Positions 1-9,732 of a stretch of 39,752 nt of DNA are shown here, piece by piece (position 1 is the first letter of the stretch; the number at the start of each line of letters is the position of its first letter). The notes under the pieces were generated by a model that saw nothing but the letters and a program-made list of their open reading frames with translations, searched no databases and had not been told where the DNA came from. Source of the stretch: Methylocella sp. (GTDB lineage: Bacteria; Pseudomonadota; Alphaproteobacteria; Rhizobiales; Beijerinckiaceae); the NCBI GenBank assembly GCA_035503795.1, contig DATJTB010000114.1, positions 1-39,752 on the forward strand, given 5' to 3'. The translations under genes were made by a program, and so were the position numbers.

Positions 1-384
1 TACCGCGGGGATAGACCCCCTTTCGCAGCAAGCCATCAATAATATCGCGGGGTTCCCCCGCATACGCGGGGATAGACCCGGTTTGCCATGTCCGTCTTTA
101 TGGACCTCATCGGTTCCCCCGCATACGCGGGGATAGACCCGGGCCGAATATTGCCGCTTTCGTCCTCGGAACGGTTCCCCCGCATACGCGGGGATAGACC
201 CGCCTTTATGTCGAAGTTTCCGGCACGATTACGGGTTCCCCCGCATACGCGGGGATAGACCCGCAGCCAATGTTCCCCGCGATATGGTTCATGGGGTTCC
301 CCCGCATACGCGGGGATAGACCCTTTCGCGTCAGAGGCACCTACCTCGGGGTCCGGGTTCCCCCGCATACGCGGGGATAGATTC
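1..384 (+). CRISPR. CRISPR array with type I-E-like 29-bp repeat GGTTCCCCCGCATACGCGGGGATAGACCC; 7 repeats (first truncated, last degenerate) and 6 spacers of 32 bp
   Basis: Repeats at 1-18 (partial), 51-79, 112-140, 173-201, 234-262, 295-323 and 356-384 (ends ...GATAGATTC). Period is 61 bp. The CCCCGC-ATAC-GCGGGG hairpin aligns with the E. coli I-E repeat. The degenerate last repeat marks the trailer end. Confidence 0.97.
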
Positions 385-418
385 CCGCCGTCCAGCAAAA
401 CCCCTCGTTGCTCGGGTT

Positions 419-1957
419 TCAGGCGGCGCGAAGCTGGCGCATCGTCTCGAAGCGATAGGTCAGCGCTTCGGCGAGATGAAGACGGCTGACCGAGGGCGCG
501 GCATCGAGATCGGCGATGGTGCGCGCGAGTTTCAGGATGCGGTGGAATCCGCGCGCCGAGAGATGCAGCCGCTCGGACGCGTCCTGGATCAGGGACCGAC
601 CCCCGGCATCGAGCAGGGCGACGGTTTCGATGACATTGGACGGCGCGGTTCCGTTGGCAACGACCCCGGCAAGACCGAGGCCGGCATAGCGGGCGATTTG
701 AATCTCCCGCGCCGCGGCCACCCGCGCCGCCACCTCCTTCGAGCCTTCCGCCGCCGCTGGCAGCATCAGATCCGCGGCCGTCACCGCCGGCACATGGACG
801 TTGAGATCGATGCGATCAAGCAGAGGGCCGGAAAGACGCGCCTGATATTGCGCGACGCAGCGGGCATTGGCCCCCCGGCCGCAGGTGAAGCCCGGCTCAT
901 CCGCCTGGCCGCAACGGCAGGGGTTCATGGCCGCGACGAGCTGGAACCGCGCCGGATAGACGGTCCGGTGGTTGGCGCGCGCGATCGAGACTTCCCCCGT
1001 TTCGAGCGGCTGACGCAGGCTGTCGAGCACCTGCGGCTGGAATTCGGGCAATTCGTCGAGAAACAGGACGCCATGATGGGCCAGCGAGATTTCGCCGGGC
1101 CTTGCCTTCACGCCGCCGCCGACGAGCGCCGCCATCGACGCCGAGTGATGCGGCGAACGAAAAGGCCTGCGGCTTGAAAGCGCGCCGCCCGCAAGATCCC
1201 CGGCGATCGAATGGATGAGGGAGATTTCCAAAAGCTCGCGTGGGGTGAGCGGCGGCAGAATGGAGGGCAGGCGCTGGGCGAGCATCGACTTTCCGGCGCC
1301 CGGCGGGCCGTTCATCAAAAGATTATGGCCACCGGCCGCGGCGATTTCGAGCGCCCGCTTGGCGCTCTCCTGCCCCTTGATGTCCTTCAAATCCGGCAGC
1401 GGGCCGGCCTCATCGCGTATCGCCGCCCGTGGCCTCGCCATCACTTGAGTGCCCTTGAAATGATTGGCGAGCTGAATGAGCGAGGCGGGCGCCAGAATGT
1501 CGATATCCTCCGCCGCCCAGGCCGCTTCGGCGCCGCTCGCGGCAGGGCAGATGAGCCCATGGCCGCGCGCATGGGCGGCAATCGCGGCCGGCAGCACCCC
1601 GGCGACGGCGGTGATCGTCCCGTCAAGCGCCAGTTCGCCGAGGACCGTGTAGGAGGCGAGCGCATCTGGCGGAAAGGCGCCCAGCGCCGCCATGATACCA
1701 AGGGCGATCGGCAGATCATAATGGCTGCCTTCCTTCGGCAGATCGGCCGGCGCGAGATTGACGGTGACGCGCTTCGCCGGCATGGCAAGACCCGAGGCAT
1801 TGAGCGCGGCGCGAACCCTCTCGCGCGATTCGGCCACCGCCTTGTCGCCGAGGCCGACCACCGTGAAGACGACATTGCCATTGGCGATCTGGACCTGCAC
1901 ATCGACGGGACGCGCCTCGATGCCCTCAAATGAAACCGTCGCGACGCGGACGACCAT
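419..1957 (-). CDS. comM: YifB/ComM family Mg-chelatase-like AAA+ ATPase
   Basis: 512 aa. Lon-like N-terminus (VNLAPADLPKEGSHYDLPIA), Walker A GPPGAGKS, HHGVLFLDELPEF, AAMNPCRCG, LSGPLLDRID. Confidence 0.95.
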   Translation of the reverse strand: MVVRVATVSFEGIEARPVDVQVQIANGNVVFTVVGLGDKAVAESRERVRAALNASGLAMPAKRVTVNLAPADLPKEGSHYDLPIALGIMAALGAFPPDALASYTVLGELALDGTITAVAGVLPAAIAAHARGHGLICPAASGAEAAWAAEDIDILAPASLIQLANHFKGTQVMARPRAAIRDEAGPLPDLKDIKGQESAKRALEIAAAGGHNLLMNGPPGAGKSMLAQRLPSILPPLTPRELLEISLIHSIAGDLAGGALSSRRPFRSPHHSASMAALVGGGVKARPGEISLAHHGVLFLDELPEFQPQVLDSLRQPLETGEVSIARANHRTVYPARFQLVAAMNPCRCGQADEPGFTCGRGANARCVAQYQARLSGPLLDRIDLNVHVPAVTAADLMLPAAAEGSKEVAARVAAAREIQIARYAGLGLAGVVANGTAPSNVIETVALLDAGGRSLIQDASERLHLSARGFHRILKLARTIADLDAAPSVSRLHLAEALTYRFETMRQLRAA

Positions 1958-2093
1958 GCTGACCCCCGGGAACTCGCAAAATGCCTTTCAAAGCTCTAAA
2001 TCTCTGCCTGCCACCTGGTCGCGGGCAAAACCGAGGCCGCGACCGCACTCAAGCCTCAGTCAAAGGCTTAGCGGATTTGATGATTTGACACAA

Positions 2094-2108
2094 GAACAAT
2101 ATGCGAAC
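2094..2108. promoter_or_regulatory. Alphaproteobacterial LexA (SOS) box GAAC-N7-GAAC in the comM/lipB divergent region
   Basis: GAAC-AATATGC-GAAC (GTTC-N7-GTTC on the minus strand), about 140 bp upstream of the comM start. TTGACA lies at 2085-2090. Confidence 0.75.
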
Positions 2109-2127
2109 GAATAAGTGTTCGCCCCAA

Positions 2128-2832
2128 ATGGAAAAGCTTGTCAAACTCATGCTGCCAAAGGATGGGGCGCCGGTCGAATGGCGGAGCTCTGACGGGCTTG
2201 TGCCTTATGAGGAAGCCGTGGCTTTGATGGAGGCGCGGGTCGAGGCCATTGCGGCGGGCACGGCTTACGAGCTTGTCTGGCTGCTCGAACATCCGCCGCT
2301 CTATACGGCGGGAACCTCCGCCCGCATGAGTGATCTCTTGAGCAAGGATCTGCCGGTCCATAAAAGCGGCCGCGGCGGTGAGCTCACTTATCATGGGCCC
2401 GGACAGCGGATCGCCTATGTGATGCTCGATCTCAATCGGCGTCGTCCCGATCTACGGGCGTTTGTTTGCGGGCTTGAGAACTGGCTCATCGCAACGCTCG
2501 CTTGCCTCGGCATCCGGGGCGAGCGGCGCGCCGGCCGCGTCGGGGTTTGGGTTCCCCGTCCGGATAAGCCGAAGGGCGCGGCTGGCGAGATCGCCGAGGA
2601 CAAGATCGCGGCGATCGGCATCCGCGTGCGGCGGTGGATTTCTTTTCATGGCGTGGCGCTCAATGTCGCGCCGGATCTGGCGCCCTATCGAGGCATCGTT
2701 CCCTGCGGCATCACCGCCGCTCACCTCGGGGTGACAAGCTTTCGCGACCTCGGCGCCAGCGCCTCGATGGAAGCGGTCGATGCCGCCTTGCGTGAGAATT
2801 TCGAACCCATGTTCGGCGAGACGGCGCGATGA
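2128..2832 (+). CDS. lipB: Lipoyl(octanoyl) transferase
   Basis: Motifs [41 protein letters not shown]. Start is uncertain (ATG 2128 or 2149). Confidence 0.95.
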   Translation: MEKLVKLMLPKDGAPVEWRSSDGLVPYEEAVALMEARVEAIAAGTAYELVWLLEHPPLYTAGTSARMSDLLSKDLPVHKSGRGGELTYHGPGQRIAYVMLDLNRRRPDLRAFVCGLENWLIATLACLGIRGERRAGRVGVWVPRPDKPKGAAGEIAEDKIAAIGIRVRRWISFHGVALNVAPDLAPYRGIVPCGITAAHLGVTSFRDLGASASMEAVDAALRENFEPMFGETAR

Positions 2833-2966
2833 ATTGTCCGTGGCAAGCGCATTCCCTCATCAGCCTTTCAGAGGCTTCCCGCTGATCCGCAGTACGAAAA
2901 GGCTTCCTGAACTTCAGGCCGCGTGTTTGAATCCCGCCGCTCGCATGATTTGACAAGGATGCGCCA

Positions 2967-3413
2967 TTGAAGAAAGCCTCGCCTCGCATCCTGGAAGCCG
3001 GTCACGACACGGACTTGTATCGGGCGATGGTCGCCTTGCGATCCGAGGTCTTGCGCAAGCCGTTGGGGTTGAGTTTCACGGCGGAGCAACTGCGCGAAGA
3101 AGCCAACCAGCGGCACTTGGCTTTAATGGTGGAAGGTTCCTTGGCCGGGTGCCTTTTGCTGGCGCCGGAGGAGGGGCGGATTGTCAAGTTCCGGCAAATG
3201 GCCATCGCGCCTTGCAATCGGGGCAAGGGGTTGGGCAAGGAGCTTCTCCTTCATGCCGAGACAATCGCGATGCAAAACGGATATCGTGGCGTCCGGCTCC
3301 ATGCGCGCGAGAGCGCTGCCGGATTCTACGAAAAAATGGGCTATCGAAGGGTCGGCGAACGGTTCATCGAAGTCACGATACCGCATGTCAAAATGCAGAA
3401 AGAGCTCGCCTGA
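2967..3413 (+). CDS. GNAT family N-acetyltransferase (ElaA/YjcF-like)
   Basis: 148 aa, TTG start. Acetyl-CoA motif RGKGLG, plus LHARESAAGFYEKMGY and IPHVKM. Confidence 0.85.
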   Translation: MKKASPRILEAGHDTDLYRAMVALRSEVLRKPLGLSFTAEQLREEANQRHLALMVEGSLAGCLLLAPEEGRIVKFRQMAIAPCNRGKGLGKELLLHAETIAMQNGYRGVRLHARESAAGFYEKMGYRRVGERFIEVTIPHVKMQKELA

Positions 3414-3565
3414 ACAGGTGTCTTGTTGAATAGCGAGTGCCGAGCTGTGAGGCGCGGCCAGTTACCGCAGGCATCTTGGCCTTTGCGAGCCCCTGAGGCC
3501 CTTCGCCGTTGCTTGCGCCGAGCGGGCAGTGCTATAGGCTCCCCTTCCAGCAAAAGGATCACTCC

Positions 3566-3853
3566 ATGTCCGTCGATCAGGCGAGCGTGCGCCGCATCGC
3601 CCATCTTGCCCGAATCAAACTCACCGATGCCGAGGTGCCGCATCTGCAAGACGAGCTCAACGCCATTCTTGCTTTCGTCGAGGAACTGGCGAGCGTCAAT
3701 GTCGAAGGTGTCGAGCCGATGACCTCCGTCTTGCCGACCGCGATGAAAAAACGCGCTGATGGGGTGACCGACGGCGCCATCCCGGACAAGATCGTCGCCA
3801 ATGCGCCGCTCTCGGACGATCATTTTTTCGTCGTTCCCAAAGTGCTGGAGTAG
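3566..3853 (+). CDS. gatC: Asp/Glu-tRNA amidotransferase subunit C
   Basis: 95 aa from ATG 3566: [17 protein letters not shown]...FFVVPKVLE. Directly upstream of gatA. Confidence 0.95.
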   Translation: MSVDQASVRRIAHLARIKLTDAEVPHLQDELNAILAFVEELASVNVEGVEPMTSVLPTAMKKRADGVTDGAIPDKIVANAPLSDDHFFVVPKVLE

Positions 3854-3862
3854 AAAAGCGCC

Positions 3863-5344
3863 ATGACCGGCCTCACCGAGCTGACGCTTGCCGAAGCAGC
3901 GCGAGATCTGCGCGCCAAGAAATTCTCCGCCGCCGAACTCGCCAAGGCGCATATCGAGGCGGTCGAAAAGGCACGGGCGCTCAATGCATTCATCCTCGAG
4001 ACGCCCGAGAAGGCGCTTGCCATGGCGGCCCGGTCGGATGAACGTCTCGCGCGCGGCGAGGGGGGACCTCTCGAAGGCATTCCTCTCGGCATCAAGGATC
4101 TGTTTTGCACCGAGGGAGTCCAGACGACCGCGGCCAGCCATATTCTCGAAGGTTTCGTGCCCCCCTATGAATCGACCGTGACCACCCATCTGTGGCGGGA
4201 TGGCGCCGTCATGCTCGGCAAGCTCAATCTCGATGAATTCGCCATGGGCTCGTCGAATGAGACCTCCTATTTCGGCCCGGTGATCTCGCCTTGGCGGCGG
4301 GCGGGCTCGAACCAGGCGTTGGTGCCCGGTGGCTCATCGGGCGGCTCGGCGGCGGCGGTCGCGGCGCGGCTCTGCTTTGGTGCGACCGCCACCGATACCG
4401 GCGGCTCGATCCGGCAGCCCGCCGCCTTCACCGGCACGGTCGGCATCAAGCCCACCTATGGACGCTGCTCGCGCTACGGGATCGTCGCTTTCGCCTCCTC
4501 GCTCGATCAGGCCGGGCCGATCGCCCGCAATGTGCAGGACGCCGCGATTCTGCTGCGCTCGATGGCCGGCCACGATCCCAAGGACACGACGAGCGTTGAT
4601 CGGCCGGTGCCTGATTTCGTTGCCGCAATCGGGCGCAGCATCAAGGGTCTGCGGATCGGCATTCCGAAGGAATACCGGCGCGACGGCATGGCGGCCGAGA
4701 TCGAAAAACTCTGGGCCGATGGCATCGCTTGGCTGAAGGCGGCGGGCGCCACCATCGCCGATATTTCCCTGCCCCATACGCGCTATGCGCTGCCCGCCTA
4801 CTACATCGTGGCACCGGCCGAGGCTTCCTCCAATCTCGCCCGCTATGACGGCGTCCGCTACGGGCTGCGCATTCCCGGCAAGGACATTGTGGACATGTAT
4901 GAAAACACCCGCGCGGCAGGTTTCGGCAAAGAGGTGCGCCGGCGCATTCTGATCGGCACCTATGTGCTCTCGGCTGGCTATTACGACGCCTATTATGTGC
5001 GGGCGCAAAAAATCCGGACGCTGATCAAGCGCGATTTCGAGACGGCTTTTGAGGATGGCATCGACGCGATCCTGACGCCGGCGACGCCTTCGGCCGCCTT
5101 CGGCCTTGGCGAGAAGGGCTCGGCCGATCCGGTCGAGATGTATCTCAATGATATTTTCACTGTAACGGTGAATATGGCGGGCCTGCCCGGCCTTGCCGTG
5201 CCGGCTGGCCTTTCGGCCGAGGGATTGCCACTGGCTTTACAAGTGATTGGCCGCGCCTTCGATGAGGAGACGCTTTTTTCCGTCGGCCATGTCCTCGAAC
5301 AGGCGGCGCCGAAGTTAGCCCCGCCGGCCAAATGGTGGGCGTGA
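3863..5344 (+). CDS. gatA: Asp/Glu-tRNA amidotransferase subunit A
   Basis: Amidase signature [11 protein letters not shown] and [11 protein letters not shown], plus SSNLARYDG and [19 protein letters not shown]. Confidence 0.97.
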   Translation: MTGLTELTLAEAARDLRAKKFSAAELAKAHIEAVEKARALNAFILETPEKALAMAARSDERLARGEGGPLEGIPLGIKDLFCTEGVQTTAASHILEGFVPPYESTVTTHLWRDGAVMLGKLNLDEFAMGSSNETSYFGPVISPWRRAGSNQALVPGGSSGGSAAAVAARLCFGATATDTGGSIRQPAAFTGTVGIKPTYGRCSRYGIVAFASSLDQAGPIARNVQDAAILLRSMAGHDPKDTTSVDRPVPDFVAAIGRSIKGLRIGIPKEYRRDGMAAEIEKLWADGIAWLKAAGATIADISLPHTRYALPAYYIVAPAEASSNLARYDGVRYGLRIPGKDIVDMYENTRAAGFGKEVRRRILIGTYVLSAGYYDAYYVRAQKIRTLIKRDFETAFEDGIDAILTPATPSAAFGLGEKGSADPVEMYLNDIFTVTVNMAGLPGLAVPAGLSAEGLPLALQVIGRAFDEETLFSVGHVLEQAAPKLAPPAKWWA

Positions 5345-5439
5345 GATGTCTTCGTCCCCACGGCATGGATCTGGATCGTGGGACGATTTTGGACCCGGTC
5401 AAAGCCTGCACAATACGGCTGGCTGATCGTTTCTTGGCC

Positions 5440-5541
5440 CTGGAGCATTTTCCAGCGAAGTGGGCACCGATTCGCGTTGAGAAAATGCGACAAACCAAAA
5501 AGCTAGATTCCCGATTCAATGGAAGCGGGAAACGGCTCTAG
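5440..5541 (-). repeat. Degenerate palindromic intergenic mosaic element (RIME/Bru-RS-like, subfamily C)
   Basis: CTGGAGCATTTTCCAGCGAAGTGGG...GAAAATGC stem plus a second imperfect stem. Ends in GCTCTAG like the other elements in the window. Confidence 0.6.
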
Positions 5542-5823
5542 GCCAGTCCAGGCTTCATTCCCGCCTATCGCCCGAGCGATACATCCTGGGTTCGCCGAGG
5601 CGGCGCTGACGTTCCTCTGCGATAAAGTCCCACACCTCTGGCCGTAATTTGGCGATTCGGTCACAGACAACGTCCGCGTCATCGATCCAAAGGATTGGGT
5701 TGTCGCATAAATGGGGTATAGTTGAATCCTGCCCATGCGATTGCATCCGGCGCTTTTTGCGGAAAAACACTATTTAATGATAGCGCGGCGTTCCCCTCGT
5801 GAATCGCCGTGGCAGAGGAGAGG

Positions 5824-6129
5824 ATGATGCCCAAGATCGCTAAGATCGCTTTAGTTGTGATATCGCTTGTCGCTTCAGGGGCCCCCACATCGGCTTTCGC
5901 GTTTAGCAATCGCGACGTGGCACAGGGAGAGAAGCAGACGAAGCAATTGCTGCGCCTGATGGATGTGGACCAAAACGGAAAAGTGTCGAAGCAGGAGTTT
6001 ATGCAGTTCATGGAAGCCGAGTTCGACCGCTTGGACGTGGATCGGAGCGGCGAACTTACAGTTGGGGAGCTTTCGAAAACCCGCTTGTACTATTCGCCCA
6101 TGTATCCTGGCGGCACCGAGCACCGTTAG
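5824..6129 (+). CDS. Secreted two-EF-hand calcium-binding protein
   Basis: RBS GAGGAG. Signal peptide ending AFA. EF loops DVDQNGKVSKQE and DVDRSGELTVGE. Confidence 0.85.
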   Translation: MMPKIAKIALVVISLVASGAPTSAFAFSNRDVAQGEKQTKQLLRLMDVDQNGKVSKQEFMQFMEAEFDRLDVDRSGELTVGELSKTRLYYSPMYPGGTEHR

Positions 6130-6170
6130 CCAATAGCGTATTGAACGTCTATTGCTATGGCTTTTAATTC

Positions 6171-6350
6171 TAGGGTCAGGACCTAACGCGCTTATCGCTC
6201 GAACGGAATCGTTCGAGCGATAAGAAATCCCGCAAGATCAAGAAGTTGGAGCGAATTCTCGTCGCAAAAGTCTGTCAAGTTTTGCGGAATTCGCTCTAAT
6301 AAAGTACCCGCCGTGACCGTCATTACGAGCCATAATTAGTCCTGGCCAAG
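6171..6350. repeat. GGGTCAGGAC-ended small inverted-repeat element, interrupted by the subfamily A element
   Basis: Left end TAGGGTCAGGACCTA and right end ATTAGTCCTGGCC. Similar ends occur at 12688-12870 and 34116-34172. Confidence 0.55.
6184..6298 (+). repeat. 115-bp two-hairpin MITE/RIME-like element, subfamily A, copy 1
   Basis: TA-bounded. Hairpin 1 is CTTATCGCTCGAACG-GAAT-CGTTCGAGCGATAAG. Hairpin 2 is GAGCGAATTC..GCAAAA..TTTTGC.GAATTCGCTC. Near-identical copies at 11229-11343 (inverted) and 17043-17157. Confidence 0.9.
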
Positions 6351-6376
6351 ACTGGATTTTACGAGCTCGAACAGGG

Positions 6377-8449
6377 ATGACCAGTGCCATCGGCGATCAG
6401 CCAGGGTTCAGGAGGGCCAGTGGCCGATGGGCCAGGGCCTTGGCCCGCATGTTTCGGGTCGCGGGTCAGCCGCTGCTCTTTGGGCTGCGGCTGTGGGCCT
6501 CGGTCTGCCTGGCTCTCTACATCGCCTTTTGGCTTGAACTCGATAATGAGTTCTGGGCTGGCCTCACGGCCGCCATTACCTGCCAGCCGCAGCTTGGCGC
6601 CTCGCTGCGCAAAGGGTGGTATCGCATGGTTGGTACCTTGGTTGGCGCCATTTTGATCGTGGCGCTGACCGGGCTCTTTCCGCAACAACGTGCCCCTTTT
6701 CTCCTGGCTCTTGCGTCTTGGGCGGCCGCCTGCGCCATGGCCGCGACGCTTTTGCGCAATTTCGCATCCTATGCGGCGGCGCTGGCTGGTTACACGGCTG
6801 TGGTCATCGCGGGTGATGAGCTCGGTGCGACAGGCGGCCCGAACGTGAATGAAGTCTTCCTCCTCGCGGTCACGCGCGCGAGTGAAATCTGCATCGGCAT
6901 TGTGAGCGCCGGCATCGTTCTCGCCGGGACCGACTTCGGCGGTGTCCGGCGACGCCTTGCGGGGTCATTCGCGGCGCTTTCGGCTGAAATCACGGGTCGG
7001 TTTACCGGCATGTTGGCGTTGGCCGGGCCGGAACTGGCGGAGACAACGCCGATCCGGCGGGAGCTCGTGCGGCGGGTGATTGGCCTTGACCCGATCATCG
7101 ACCAGGCGAAAGGCGAATCGTCGCAAATCCGCCATCACTCGCCAATATTGCAAATGGCCGTTGACGGCTTATTCGCCGCTGTCGTCGGCTGGCGCGTGAT
7201 TGCGGTGCATTTGGCCAGGGTGCCGGACGGCGAGGCCCAGCTGGAAGCCGGTGCCGTCCTGCAGTGCATTCCACAAGAGCTGCGACAGGCCGAATATGGC
7301 GTGCCGGCAGCGTGGCTCACAAACCCGGCTGATCAAAGCGAGATGTGTGACGCGGCGGCGCGAGTGCTGACCACCATGCCGGCCAATACGCCATCGCTGC
7401 GGCTGCTCACGGACCAAACGGCCAAGGTGCTGACCGGCATTTCATCCGCGCTCGACGGGCTTGCGCTCCTTCTCTTGAATCCCATTCGCCAGCTTCCCTG
7501 GCACCCTAACGTCCAGGTCCGTGTGCCTGACTGGCTGCCTTCGCTCGTGAATGCGGGTCGCGCATTTGTCACGATCGGCGCCGTCATGATCTTCTGGATT
7601 CTCACTCAATGGCCGAACGGCGCCACGGCAATCACATTTACCGCAATCGCCGTCCTTCTCTTCGCGCCACGGGTCGATCAGGCCTACCAAGCGGCCATGG
7701 AGTTTGCCGCCGGCACGGCCCTGGGCACCGTCTTTTCCGCGATTATCAAATTTGCCGTGCTTCCGGGGATTGAAACCTTCGAGGGCTTCTGCCTCGTCAT
7801 CGGCCTCTTTCTGATACCCGCGGGCGCGCTGATCGCTCAACCGAGGCATACGGCGATGTTCACCTCAATGACGGTCTATTTCTGCGCGCTTGTGCAGCCC
7901 GCCAATGAGATGAGCTTCGATACCGCACAATTTTATAACAATGCCCTGGCGATCGTCACCGGTCTGGCCGTCGCCGCGTTTTCCTTCCGTATGCTACCCC
8001 CGCTCTCGCCTGTATTTCGGACCAGCCGACTCCTCGCGCTCACCTTACGCGATCTGCGCCGCCTCGCAGCGGGCCGCGTCTTATGGACATCCGGCAATTG
8101 GGAGAGCCTTCTATTCGGGAGACTGGAGGCACTGCCGGACACCGCCGAACCCTTGCAGCGTTCACAGCTTGTGACGGCCTTATCGGTCGGCAACGGGATC
8201 ATCGAGCTTCGCCACATCGTCTCAAGGCTTGATTTGAGTGAAGACCTCGATGCTGCATTGGCGGCCTTGGCGCGCGGAAACGGCGGGATCGCGGTCACAA
8301 GGCTCACCAGTCTCGACGGCCGTCTTGCCGCTTTCTCAGCCGGCAGATCGGGGCCGCTGCTTGCGCTCCAGGCGCGAAGCATTATCCTGACAATTTCGGA
8401 GGCGTTGAGAGAGCATGCCGCCTATTTTGAGTCCGGAGAGCCTTTGTGA
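6377..8449 (+). CDS. FUSC family (fusaric acid resistance / AaeB-like) inner-membrane efflux subunit
   Basis: 690 aa with two hydrophobic TM blocks. Motifs LRKGWYRMVGTLVGA, YAAALAGYT and RASEICIGI. Confidence 0.9.
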   Translation: MTSAIGDQPGFRRASGRWARALARMFRVAGQPLLFGLRLWASVCLALYIAFWLELDNEFWAGLTAAITCQPQLGASLRKGWYRMVGTLVGAILIVALTGLFPQQRAPFLLALASWAAACAMAATLLRNFASYAAALAGYTAVVIAGDELGATGGPNVNEVFLLAVTRASEICIGIVSAGIVLAGTDFGGVRRRLAGSFAALSAEITGRFTGMLALAGPELAETTPIRRELVRRVIGLDPIIDQAKGESSQIRHHSPILQMAVDGLFAAVVGWRVIAVHLARVPDGEAQLEAGAVLQCIPQELRQAEYGVPAAWLTNPADQSEMCDAAARVLTTMPANTPSLRLLTDQTAKVLTGISSALDGLALLLLNPIRQLPWHPNVQVRVPDWLPSLVNAGRAFVTIGAVMIFWILTQWPNGATAITFTAIAVLLFAPRVDQAYQAAMEFAAGTALGTVFSAIIKFAVLPGIETFEGFCLVIGLFLIPAGALIAQPRHTAMFTSMTVYFCALVQPANEMSFDTAQFYNNALAIVTGLAVAAFSFRMLPPLSPVFRTSRLLALTLRDLRRLAAGRVLWTSGNWESLLFGRLEALPDTAEPLQRSQLVTALSVGNGIIELRHIVSRLDLSEDLDAALAALARGNGGIAVTRLTSLDGRLAAFSAGRSGPLLALQARSIILTISEALREHAAYFESGEPL

Positions 8450-8649
8450 GGTTTACTGAGATCAACCTGTTCGGTGTTTACGTTGCGCCCATGTCGTTGA
8501 TGATGGTTGCGGCGTGGTTCATCACGATCACGCTGCGCCGGGTGGTGAGCCGCTACGGCTTATTGGCCTATGTGTGGCATCCGGCTTTATTTGTGTTCTC
8601 AGTTTATTTGATCGTACTTTCATCGATGACGCTGATCGTCGCGCGCTAA
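8446..8649 (+). CDS. DUF1656 (AaeX-like) small membrane protein
   Basis: 67 aa with EINLFGVYVAP and VWHPALF. GTGA overlap with the FUSC stop. Confidence 0.85.
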   Translation: MRFTEINLFGVYVAPMSLMMVAAWFITITLRRVVSRYGLLAYVWHPALFVFSVYLIVLSSMTLIVAR

Positions 8650-8669
8650 ATCGTTAGAAATCGATCTCC

Positions 8670-9644
8670 ATGTCCGAAGCTCAGAGCGATGCAAAGAGCC
8701 CCAAGGCAGCAGCCGAACGCGACGCCGTCTGGACGCCTGGGCTGCCTGGCCGCCCGAATATTGGCGCGCGCCTTAAGACCTTTCGGGTTTTGATCACTCT
8801 GGCAACGGTCGGGCTTGCCGTGATGCTGAGCTTCGCCATGTGGGACGCCTATATGGGGGCACCCTGGACGCGGGATGGAACGGTACGTGTCTATGTCGTC
8901 ACCATGGCGCCTGAGGTGGCTGGGCGAATCGTCGAACTTCCTGTCGCCGACAACCAGTTCGTGCATAAGGGCGATTTGCTGATGGTGATTGACCCGAGAG
9001 ACTACAGGATTGCCGTCAGCCACGCAGAGGCGGCGCTGAAGCAGGCTGAGGCCAATGCGCGCAACGCGGAGATACAGTCACAACGCCGGCAAAAGCTGAA
9101 TCTGAATGCCGCTAGCATAGAAGAGAAGCAGACTTATGCGACGACGGCGATTGCCGGCCAAGCGCAAGTCCAGCTCGCCATGGCCAACCTGGATCAGGCG
9201 CGGGTTAATCTCGAGCGTACGGAGGTCCGTTCTCCCGTTAATGGTTGGGTGACCCATCTGTTGGCGCAACTCGGTGACTATGCGAATGTCGGTCAGAATA
9301 TAATTTCCCTCGTCAACGCTGACTCATTTTGGGTTGACGGCTATTTCGAGGAGATCCATCTGGGTTCGATCCGCGAAGGCGACCCTGCCGAAGTCAAACT
9401 GATGGGTTATAGTGAGATCGTTCGTGGTCATGTCGAGAGCATCGCGCGGGGCATCAATGTTCCCAACGCAGAGGCTAACCCGCAAGGGCTTGCGACGGTC
9501 AATCCAATCTTCACTTGGGTGCGCCTTGCCCAGCGCATTCCGGTGCGCATCCATATCGATGAGGTCCCGCGAGGCGTGGTCCTGGCGGCTGGGATGACGG
9601 CCACCGTTCAGATCGATCCGCGGCCCCGACCACAAGCCAAATGA
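8670..9644 (+). CDS. HlyD/AaeA-family membrane fusion protein
   Basis: PWTRDGTV, VADNQFVHKGDLL, VNPIFTWVRLAQRIPVRI. Confidence 0.92.
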   Translation: MSEAQSDAKSPKAAAERDAVWTPGLPGRPNIGARLKTFRVLITLATVGLAVMLSFAMWDAYMGAPWTRDGTVRVYVVTMAPEVAGRIVELPVADNQFVHKGDLLMVIDPRDYRIAVSHAEAALKQAEANARNAEIQSQRRQKLNLNAASIEEKQTYATTAIAGQAQVQLAMANLDQARVNLERTEVRSPVNGWVTHLLAQLGDYANVGQNIISLVNADSFWVDGYFEEIHLGSIREGDPAEVKLMGYSEIVRGHVESIARGINVPNAEANPQGLATVNPIFTWVRLAQRIPVRIHIDEVPRGVVLAAGMTATVQIDPRPRPQAK

Positions 9645-9732
9645 TCATGATTTGTCGTGAAGCGCGGCCTGATCTCGAAAATTTGAGGTCCCATTGGCAC
9701 TGGAATCCTCGCAATCGGAATTTTTGAATTGA

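Noticed and set aside
271-285. Spacer 5 contains TGTTCCCCGCGATA, resembling the repeat start
   Set aside because: The match is short and GC-rich, there is no second hairpin arm, and the spacer length is normal, so it is likely chance.
19-355. Self-targeting of spacers within the window
   Set aside because: No match was noticed by eye. A proper alignment is needed to exclude it.
36-398. 120-aa ORF on the minus strand
   Set aside because: It is a translation of the CRISPR repeats (recurring LSPRMRG, GSIPAYAGEP, VYPRVCGG), not a gene.
3566-5344. gatCA without adjacent gatB
   Set aside because: Separation of gatB from gatCA is common in Alphaproteobacteria.
5555-5770. 71-aa minus-strand ORF between gatA and the EF-hand gene
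   Set aside because: No recognisable family and a weak start. It could be a gene remnant but cannot be supported.
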